This document shows, piece after piece, positions 18,220 to 25,000 of a stretch of DNA of 25,000 bases (the stretch's first letter is position 1; each line of letters starts with the position of its first letter). Source of the DNA: an uncultured Thermoplasmatales archaeon (GTDB taxonomy: Archaea; Thermoplasmatota; E2; UBA202; DSCA01); the NCBI GenBank assembly GCA_964514975.1, contig CAZESS010000025.1, positions 1-25,000 on the forward strand, written 5' to 3'. A program made the translations under genes and the position numbers. Under the pieces are notes generated by a model. It was given only the letters and a program-made list of their open reading frames with translations, did no database searches and was not told where the DNA came from.

Positions 18220-18382
18220 TGGCCGCAGGATACAGGTCGTGGTTTGCTGCACAAAACCGGGTGTCCTCCCCGGGATACACGATTTTTTCCGGGGATGCAC
18301 CGGATTCCAAGAGCAGCGTTTTTCTACCTGTCGGATGTTATAGCTTCCGGAGGGCGTTTGTATGCGCTCCAGGGTGAATGAA

Positions 18383-18511
18383 ATGGAGAAAAGAAAACAG
18401 AAACACGGGAGAAAAAGAAGTGACGACGATGACTTCGACGATGACACCGGCGTATACGACGATGACGACGACATCTCGCTGAGCGACGATGACGACGATG
18501 ACCGATGGTAA
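18383..18511 (+). CDS. Putative 42-aa micro-protein with basic N-terminus and Asp-rich C-terminus
   Basis: Manual translation MEKRKQKHGRKRSDDDDFDDDTGVYDDDDDISLSDDDDDDRW*; GGGTGA SD-like motif at 18372-18377; GAC/GAT codons all in this frame. Confidence 0.55.
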   Translation: MEKRKQKHGRKRSDDDDFDDDTGVYDDDDDISLSDDDDDDRW

Positions 18512-18566
18512 CGGCACGTGCTCTATGACACACCAGCCCGGAACAGCAAAAAAGGAGGTGGTCGCC

Positions 18567-18617
18567 ATGGCCAGAAAGACGGCTAAAAAAACAAAGACCA
18601 GCAAGAAGAAACAGTAG
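18567..18617 (+). CDS. Putative 16-aa Lys-rich peptide
   Basis: MARKTAKKTKTSKKKQ* preceded by a strong SD AAGGAGGTG at 18552-18560; an in-frame upstream ATG at 18525 would give 30 aa. Confidence 0.5.
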   Translation: MARKTAKKTKTSKKKQ

Positions 18618-18641
18618 TTTCACCGCGGTTTTTCCATGTCC

Positions 18642-18669
18642 GCCGGAGCATGATGCTCCGGCTCTTTTT
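18642..18669 (+). terminator. Hairpin plus T-tract, putative terminator
   Basis: GCCGGAGCA-TGA-TGCTCCGGC (9-bp perfect stem) followed by TCTTTTT, downstream of the micro-ORFs. Confidence 0.55.
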
Positions 18670-18720
18670 CCATCATCTTCCCCGTCTTGTTTTTTTGACG
18701 GGCCGACGGGCCGGCATGCA

Positions 18721-18733
18721 AACGCATTTATAT
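18721..18733 (+). promoter_or_regulatory. TATA box of the citF-like gene
   Basis: TTTATA at 18727-18732, about 30 nt upstream of ATG 18762. Confidence 0.5.
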
Positions 18734-18761
18734 CTGGAGAAATTTCCCAGTCGCTGATAGC

Positions 18762-20336
18762 ATGACCGAGGAGGCATACAGGCTCGTGGAAAACGCGGCC
18801 GGGCGGCTCGTGCCCAGCCACGTCAACGGGCAGCCGGCAACACCGTTCAGGGGTATAAACGCGCATCGGCCCACGGGGAAACAGGCGGCGCCACCGATAC
18901 CGTCATCTGTGGACTATCCGTCGGATGGCAACAAGGTCGTCGGCAGCATCAAATCAGCGCTGCGGCGCTGCGGGCTCCGGGACGGCATGACCATTTCGAC
19001 GCATCATCATTTCCGGAACGGCGACCATGTTGCCAACATGGTGTTCGACCTGGCGGCAGAGATGGACGTGAAAAATCTGCGGTGGTTTCCGAGCGCGTCG
19101 TTTCCCTGCCATGAACCGGTCATCGGGCACATGGAAAACGGCATGGTGCACCATGTCGAGGGAAGCCTGAATGGCCCGCTCGGGGTGTACTGCTCCCGTG
19201 GCCGCATGCGGGGGATGGGCGTGCTGCGCTCCCATGGCGGCCGGTATCGGGCTATACAGGACGGCGACGTGCACATTGACATCGCAGTGATGGCGGCCCC
19301 TGCCGCTGACCGGTATGGCAACGCCAACGGTCTGCACGGCCCCTCGGCGTGCGGCCCGCTGGGATATGCGGAGGCGGACGTGCGGTATGCCGACCATGTG
19401 GTCGTGGTCACCGACAACCTTGTCGAGTTTCCCTGTCATCCCTGGCACATAGATGGCAGCTACGTGGACCATGTGGTGACGGTTGACCGTGTCGGCGACC
19501 CTGAACAGATCGTGTCGGGCACCACTGAGGTCACCGACAACCCGGTGCGGCTGCGGATGGCCGAGCTGGCCGCCCGGTTTGCCGACGCGGCGGGCATCGT
19601 CCGGGATGGCTTCAGCTTTCAGGCCGGTGCCGGCGGCACCTCGCTGGCCTTCGTGCAATATCTGCGTGACATCATGCAACGCAGGGATGTCAGGGCGCGG
19701 GTGATGAACGGGGGGACAACGGGCTACCTGGTCGAGATGCTGGAGGAGGGGCTCGGCGACTACATCCTGGACGGGCAGAGCTTCGACCTGGCGGCTATCG
19801 AAAGCCTCCGGGACAACCCGAACCATGTGCCCTATGGCGTGAACACCTACTACAATTTCCATTCAAAGGGGTCAACGGTGTCGATGACCGATCTCGTGGT
19901 GCTGGGTGCCACCGAGGTCGACGTCGACTTCAACGGCAACGTTGTCACCCATTCCGATGGGATGCTCCTGCACGGCGTCGGCGGCTGGCAGAACAGCCTC
20001 CATGCCGGGTGCGCCATCCTGGTCATTCCCTCCCACCGGGGAGACACGCCGATGATACGGGATGAGGTCACCACGCTTGTGGGACCCGGCGATCTCATCG
20101 ACGTCGTCGTCACCGAGCGGGGCATCGCCGTCAACCCGCGCCGGACCGATCTGGTCGAGGCGACACGGGACAGCGACCTGCCGCTCCGCTCAATCGAGGA
20201 CATCAAAAAAGAGGCGGAGGACATCTGCGGACAGGCGGCACCGCAGCCCGAGCTCGACGATGACGTCGTGGCGGTCGTCGAATGGGTCGACGGCACCCTG
20301 CTCGACAGCATCCGCCGCGTCCCCGAACAGAGTTAG
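18762..20336 (+). CDS. citF: Citrate lyase alpha subunit-like CoA/ACP-transferase (CitF family)
   Basis: GLRDGMTISTHHHFRNGD, LRSHGGR, GNANG..GPSACGPLGY, FSFQAGAGG, LGATEVDVDFNGNVVTHSDG, IDVVVTERGIAVNPRR, VEWVDGTLLD. Substrate uncertain. Confidence 0.85.
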   Translation: MTEEAYRLVENAAGRLVPSHVNGQPATPFRGINAHRPTGKQAAPPIPSSVDYPSDGNKVVGSIKSALRRCGLRDGMTISTHHHFRNGDHVANMVFDLAAEMDVKNLRWFPSASFPCHEPVIGHMENGMVHHVEGSLNGPLGVYCSRGRMRGMGVLRSHGGRYRAIQDGDVHIDIAVMAAPAADRYGNANGLHGPSACGPLGYAEADVRYADHVVVVTDNLVEFPCHPWHIDGSYVDHVVTVDRVGDPEQIVSGTTEVTDNPVRLRMAELAARFADAAGIVRDGFSFQAGAGGTSLAFVQYLRDIMQRRDVRARVMNGGTTGYLVEMLEEGLGDYILDGQSFDLAAIESLRDNPNHVPYGVNTYYNFHSKGSTVSMTDLVVLGATEVDVDFNGNVVTHSDGMLLHGVGGWQNSLHAGCAILVIPSHRGDTPMIRDEVTTLVGPGDLIDVVVTERGIAVNPRRTDLVEATRDSDLPLRSIEDIKKEAEDICGQAAPQPELDDDVVAVVEWVDGTLLDSIRRVPEQS

Positions 20337-21622
20337 GGCGTCAGGCGTTTTTTGTCCCGGGGGAACAGGATGCATTCACGGACGTTGCCACGGTGGAGGA
20401 TTTTCATGAGGTAGCGCTCGATGCCGAAGCCGAAGCCGCCGTGGGGCGGCATCCCGTAGCGGAATGCTTTGAGGTATTCGGCGAAATCGTCGGGGTTGAG
20501 ATCGAGGTCGGCGATGCGTTGTTCGAGCAACGCCGGATCATGGATGCGCTGCGCCCCGGAACATATCTCGGTGCCCCGGCAGGCGAGGTCGAATGCCCGT
20601 GCATGGCTGTCATCTGGCATCGCGTAGAAGGGCTTGGTTTCAAGCGGGAACCTGGTGATGAAGTAGAAGTCGTCGTCGACCTGTTCGCCGAGCAGGTTTT
20701 CCTCGTCGGTGCCCAGGTCGTCGCCCCATTCGATGTCGATGTGCCCGGACAGGATGTCGATAACCTCGTCATAGGGGATGCGCCGGAACGGGGGCTCCGA
20801 CGAGGGCAGCTCGACGTCCAGGAGCTCGAGCTCGTCCCGATGACGTTCATCGATAGCTTCGAGCGACGCGATGACCATGCCCTCGATGACGGCCATGATG
20901 TCGTTTTCGTCGTCGATGAACGCCATTTCGACGTCGATGGCCGTGGACTCGTTGAGATGCTTTGAGGTGTCATGCTCCTCGGCCCGGAAGTACCATGCTA
21001 TCTCGTACACGCGGTCGAGGCCGGTGGCCATCAGCATCTGCTTGTAGAGCTGCGGCGACTGCACGAGATATGCGTCGCGGCCGAAGTAGTCGATGGTGAA
21101 CAGCTCGGTGCCGCCCTCGGGCGACGACACCGTTATCTTGGGTGTGTGCACATGGGTGAAACCCTCGCCAGCCAGATACTGGCAGGTAGCTTCGATGAAC
21201 GTGTGGCGAATGGCGAAGATAGCCTGCACCTCGTCCCGCCGCACGTCGATGAACCGGTTGTCCAGGCGGGTGTCGAAGTCGACGTTGACCTGGTCGGCGA
21301 CGCCCATCGGAAGCGGCGTCTCCGCCTCCGAGAGAACCTCGATGCTGCTCGGTAGCAGCTCCCAGCCGGTTTGCACCTGGTCGTTTTTCTGGCATGTGCC
21401 GGTGGCGGCGATGACGCTTTCCCGGGGGAGCTCGGTCAGCCGGGCGAAGAGGTCGGGCATCTCTTTCTTGATGCAGGTGACCTGCGCCACGCCGGTTTTG
21501 TCGCGCAGCAGGATGAACGCGATGCCGCCCAGGTTCCGGGTTTCCTCTATCCATCCTGCAATGGTGACTGTGTCGCCGTCGTTGTCGGTGCTGACATCTG
21601 CAGCATAGTGGGTGCGAAGCAT
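20333..21622 (-). CDS. aspS: Archaeal-type aspartyl-tRNA synthetase
   Basis: MLRTHY, OB-fold [75 protein letters not shown]. Confidence 0.95.
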   Translation of the reverse strand: MLRTHYAADVSTDNDGDTVTIAGWIEETRNLGGIAFILLRDKTGVAQVTCIKKEMPDLFARLTELPRESVIAATGTCQKNDQVQTGWELLPSSIEVLSEAETPLPMGVADQVNVDFDTRLDNRFIDVRRDEVQAIFAIRHTFIEATCQYLAGEGFTHVHTPKITVSSPEGGTELFTIDYFGRDAYLVQSPQLYKQMLMATGLDRVYEIAWYFRAEEHDTSKHLNESTAIDVEMAFIDDENDIMAVIEGMVIASLEAIDERHRDELELLDVELPSSEPPFRRIPYDEVIDILSGHIDIEWGDDLGTDEENLLGEQVDDDFYFITRFPLETKPFYAMPDDSHARAFDLACRGTEICSGAQRIHDPALLEQRIADLDLNPDDFAEYLKAFRYGMPPHGGFGFGIERYLMKILHRGNVRECILFPRDKKRLTP

Positions 21623-21645
21623 GCTGCATGTAAAGCATCGTGCAG

Positions 21646-22527
21646 TTAAATGTTTTCTGCCCTGCCGTACCGCTGCTCGTGCTTTTGAAGCAGTTCCGCC
21701 CAGTCGGGCATGCCGTTCTGCGCCCCCCGTGTTTCGACGGTCAATGCGGCCGCGACGTTGCCGAGCTCGCAGGCCGTCGGGAGGTCGACATCGCGCTGCA
21801 ATGCCGCCCAGACCGCCGCACGATGGGCATCGCCGGCGCCGGTCGGGTCGACCATGTCTGCCGGCACGGCGGGTATCTCATGTGTTTCGCTGCCGTCGTA
21901 GACCAGGCAGCCCCGGTCGCCACGGGTGACAACCGCGTCGATGTCCTCGAGCAGCTTTTTTTCCGGCAGGGCAAGCATGTCCGTGATGGTGTCCAGCTCG
22001 GTGGCGTTGCAGAACAGCATGTCCGCCCGCTCGATGACATAGGCGAGCTGCTCGGCGGTGTAGCGCGGCAGGTCCTGCCCGGGCTCGAAGGCCAGGTAGC
22101 GAGCCCGTTCGGCCATCCGGCAGGCAAATCCGGGATGTATGGGCGCGAGGTGGACGACATTGCCGGTCACGTCGGCACCCGGCATGTGCTCGGAGACACC
22201 CCAGGAAAAATAGGTTACCTGGCGATGTTGTTGGTCGTTGAAGATATACGCCGTGGGCATCTCGCCCTGAAACGGGGTGACGGCGAGCTCGACGCCGGTG
22301 TCCTGGAGATATGTCCCGTAGCCGGTGGCGGCGAAGCCATGTGGCACCGCTGCCAGCAGCCTGGCCCGTCCGCCAAGCCGGGCGATACCGGTCGCGATGT
22401 TGGCCGCCCCGCCACCGTAATGGCGTTCATGCCGCCTGATGAAGATGGAATGCTCGGGCGCGGGATGCGACGGGATGCCGAACAGGTGGTCGATGGCGAT
22501 GTGCCCGGCCACCGTGACCGCGTTCAT
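21646..22527 (-). CDS. PfkB/ribokinase family kinase, probably a nucleoside kinase
   Basis: From MNAVTVAGHIAID (ATG 22527, ATGA overlap with upstream gene); YGGGAANIA, FEPGQ, FCNATE, VTRG..G, VDPTGAGDAH. Confidence 0.88.
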   Translation of the reverse strand: MNAVTVAGHIAIDHLFGIPSHPAPEHSIFIRRHERHYGGGAANIATGIARLGGRARLLAAVPHGFAATGYGTYLQDTGVELAVTPFQGEMPTAYIFNDQQHRQVTYFSWGVSEHMPGADVTGNVVHLAPIHPGFACRMAERARYLAFEPGQDLPRYTAEQLAYVIERADMLFCNATELDTITDMLALPEKKLLEDIDAVVTRGDRGCLVYDGSETHEIPAVPADMVDPTGAGDAHRAAVWAALQRDVDLPTACELGNVAAALTVETRGAQNGMPDWAELLQKHEQRYGRAENI

Positions 22528-24545
22528 AGGTTGAAATAGAGAACCTGTATCGAATGCTCGCTGGTGCCGCCGCCCTGGCGATGACCCACGATGGTGAGCG
22601 TCCGGCTGCCAAGGATGCGCTGGTCCCACCGCCAGGTGAATGGTGCCTCGGTTGCGGTGTGCTGGAGCTCGCCGTCGACGTAGAACTCGACGGTGGTGAT
22701 GGTCTCGCTCGTGGTCGCCGATACCTCGACCGGGCCGACCACGATGGTCCTGCCGAGCCAGGTCGACATGACCTCGTTACCATAGAGGTAGAGATGGCCC
22801 TGCCGGGGGGTCCCGATGCTGCAGCCGCCGCGGCCGCCGATGGCCAGCGTTGGGTCGCCGAACAGCGCGAACTCCTGCACCACCTTGTAGCCGATGGCAT
22901 CCAGGTCGCCGTGGTCGTTGAGGTAGTCCGCCTGGGCGTTTGACAGCGCCGCGCCGGCGGTCCCGCGCTCCGCGATGTGCTCGGTGAGATGGACGTCCAT
23001 GTAGCCCGAGAGCCCCTGCACGCAGTATGAACCCAGGTAGCCCCAGGAGAGCGCCGTGGCCGCATAGGTTGCAATGGCTCCCTTGTCGGACGCCCTGACG
23101 AACTGCCAGGCGATGCAGGTGCCGTCTGAGAAGTCGCCGCAGGAGCAGGCGTCGAGCACCACCACGGGGTACGCGCCGTTGTTGGAGAGCAGGGATATGT
23201 CACTGATTTTGAAGCCCGTCCATGTGTCGAAGTCGCCGGGTGGATGTGTCGCCCAGCTGTACCGGTTGCCGTGGCCGGAGAAGTCGACGAAGCCGGCGCC
23301 CTTGCTGATTTCCTGCCTGATTTTCTGGGTGCTCAGGTCTCCCGTCGAGGCATAGAGCCGGGTGATGTCGAAGTCGCCGAGATAGCGGTCTGCATGGTTT
23401 TTGGTGTATTCTCCCTCGAGCACCCCGTCGTCATCGTCGTGGCTGTCGCCGGCGCAGAGGACGGCCCGGTCCATCCATTCCGCCCCGGAGGCCGTTGTCT
23501 CATACTGGATGATCTTGTCGACCACTGTTTCGACGTCTCCCTCGCTGTCGCAGGGCAACCGCCCAAGTTCGACGTCGGGGTAGAGGTCGAGCGTGTCCGA
23601 GTTGCCCCGGTAGTCGATCTCGGCAAAGCGGTCGTTGTCGTTGGTGTCCCATGATGAAAACGAGCCATCCGCGGCGTAGATGTCCGCGTAGTACAGGTCG
23701 GTTATGAACGGCGTGTCATGGCCGTCGTCGGTGTAGGACAGCCTGGCGGGAAGGCGGTCGGCGCTTCCCACTAGCAGGACGCTGGACACGCCGTCGCGCT
23801 CGACCATCCGCTTGATGTAGTATTTGATTTTTTCTGCGTCGTCCCGTCCGCGCACCGCCGCCGTTTCGGAGAGCGTGGCCAGCTCTGTGTCGATGCCCCA
23901 GCCGTTTTTGTGGTCGACCAGTGGCTGCAGCTCGTCGCTAAACGTCTCGGGCGCGATGATGAGCAGGCCGCCGTCCGCAGCCACCGGCAAGGATGACGGC
24001 TCCTCATAGGATACCTCGACGTCGATACGTTCGACATAGCGAAGCACGTCGGCCTGCGGGGCATATCGGGCGGGAAACACCTGCAGGGTAAGAAACATGA
24101 CGTGCTGGCCATTGTGCAATCCGGCGCCGGTGTGCCATCGCAGCCATTCCCCGGGGTAGAGCTCGCTGCTCTCGTAGACGGGGCCAGGTTCCTGCACGGG
24201 GGTGGCAGTCTGCATGTTGAGCGGCATTGGCTCCGGACCGGGGAGTATCATGGTGTCGATGGGTCGCGTGTGCACATCGTGAACGTGAACGTCGACGTCC
24301 GTTATCCTGGTACCCCGGGGAAACGTCACTGTTTTTGTAGCCGAGGGCATTACGGGTTCACCGGCATGCTGCAGCATGGTGGTAGCGTTGTCGACGGACA
24401 ACGACGCATACCCGTCATGTGGCTCCACCGATGGAGGGGAAAAATGAAACGAATAGGCGGCATGTGACGGCGGAGCGCCTGCAACATGAAAAGTTGTTCC
24501 CAGGAGCAATGCAAGGATACAAAGAGAGATAGCAGCCTTTTTCAT
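22524..24545 (-). CDS. Secreted gingipain-like cysteine protease (peptidase C25) with propeptide and C-terminal Ig-like domain
   Basis: Signal peptide; propeptide GEPVMP; LLIIAP, VLLVG, TDLYYAD, PDVELGRLP, FSGHG and LDAC catalytic motifs, LFGDP; C-terminal VEFYVDG...PFTWRW. Confidence 0.9.
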   Translation of the reverse strand: MKKAAISLCILALLLGTTFHVAGAPPSHAAYSFHFSPPSVEPHDGYASLSVDNATTMLQHAGEPVMPSATKTVTFPRGTRITDVDVHVHDVHTRPIDTMILPGPEPMPLNMQTATPVQEPGPVYESSELYPGEWLRWHTGAGLHNGQHVMFLTLQVFPARYAPQADVLRYVERIDVEVSYEEPSSLPVAADGGLLIIAPETFSDELQPLVDHKNGWGIDTELATLSETAAVRGRDDAEKIKYYIKRMVERDGVSSVLLVGSADRLPARLSYTDDGHDTPFITDLYYADIYAADGSFSSWDTNDNDRFAEIDYRGNSDTLDLYPDVELGRLPCDSEGDVETVVDKIIQYETTASGAEWMDRAVLCAGDSHDDDDGVLEGEYTKNHADRYLGDFDITRLYASTGDLSTQKIRQEISKGAGFVDFSGHGNRYSWATHPPGDFDTWTGFKISDISLLSNNGAYPVVVLDACSCGDFSDGTCIAWQFVRASDKGAIATYAATALSWGYLGSYCVQGLSGYMDVHLTEHIAERGTAGAALSNAQADYLNDHGDLDAIGYKVVQEFALFGDPTLAIGGRGGCSIGTPRQGHLYLYGNEVMSTWLGRTIVVGPVEVSATTSETITTVEFYVDGELQHTATEAPFTWRWDQRILGSRTLTIVGHRQGGGTSEHSIQVLYFNL

Positions 24546-24614
24546 GGGGTGTAAAAAAGCCGGGTCTACTTAAAGCTATGGTCATGGAGACACAGGCGGA
24601 TGGATGCCCCTGGA

Positions 24615-24881
24615 CTATCGCAGCCGTGCTTCCATTCTGGCAAGGCGCTGTGCAACGCGCCCGGTGCCAGAATACTTGTCGTGGGAAAACACCTCTGCGA
24701 GCCCCTTACCCAGCACGAAGACGGCTTGTTTGTGGTCATCCTTTGACTTGTGGACGTGGTGCGGCAGGACGTCGAGCGCCTCGTATTCCGCAAAGGATGT
24801 GCCGTCTGCGTGCTCCTGCTCCAGCTCGTTTTTTATCTGAGCGAAGAGGGTATGGAGCTGTATGATTTCCTCTTTCTGCAT
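24615..24881 (-). CDS. UPF0058 family archaeal protein
   Basis: MQKEEIIQLHTLFAQIK...FAEYEALDVLPHHVHKSKDDHKQAVFVLG. Start 24881 or 24887; BRE/TATA-like GCGAAAGG-TTTAAG upstream at about 24918-24931. Confidence 0.88.
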   Translation of the reverse strand: MQKEEIIQLHTLFAQIKNELEQEHADGTSFAEYEALDVLPHHVHKSKDDHKQAVFVLGKGLAEVFSHDKYSGTGRVAQRLARMEARLR

Positions 24882-25000
24882 CCTCATCCCTTCCCATTCC
24901 TTAATGAATCCAGCGCTCTTAAACCTTTCGCTTCGCTTTTTTCTGTGTAGTGTCCTGAAATTATTTAACATCGGGTCATCGCGGTTTCTTTTACTCATGT

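Noticed and set aside
18420-18503. GACGAT-type tandem repeats as a microsatellite or CRISPR-like array
   Set aside because: No spacers; explained by poly-Asp codons of the 42-aa ORF.
24888-24998. N-terminal extension of the UPF0058 ORF
   Set aside because: AT-rich, contains BRE/TATA-like elements; family similarity begins at MQKEE.

Overview
GC-rich archaeal chromosomal segment. Alba, UPF0058, archaeal-type AspRS, ThiDN, Taw3, TATA/BRE promoters, a gingipain-like C25 protease and a NosD/PKD surface protein point to Thermoplasmatota, resembling sediment MBG-D/E2-type lineages (inference). Most genes are housekeeping: class II ribonucleotide reductase, pyrBI, thiDN, hypF, Lrp, aspS and a PfkB kinase. 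No rRNA, tRNA, CRISPR array or transposase was seen. The most unusual items: (1) a solo Cas4-family nuclease with a duplicated 4-TM membrane module inserted between its Fe-S cysteines, divergent from a 1823-aa surface protein translationally coupled to an HD-domain dNTPase-like enzyme and followed by the RNR; (2) an AT-rich, in-frame clan CD (C13/caspase-like) protease cassette splitting a NosD motif of that surface protein; (3) an integral membrane domain fused to tRNA methyltransferase Taw3; (4) a stand-alone ATP-cone protein near an RNR with no cone; (5) two micro-ORFs missed by the ORF track, one basic+acidic and one Lys-rich; (6) a frameshifted RelE remnant; (7) an orphan CitF-like CoA-transferase. 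All family assignments come from motif recognition by eye, not database searches.
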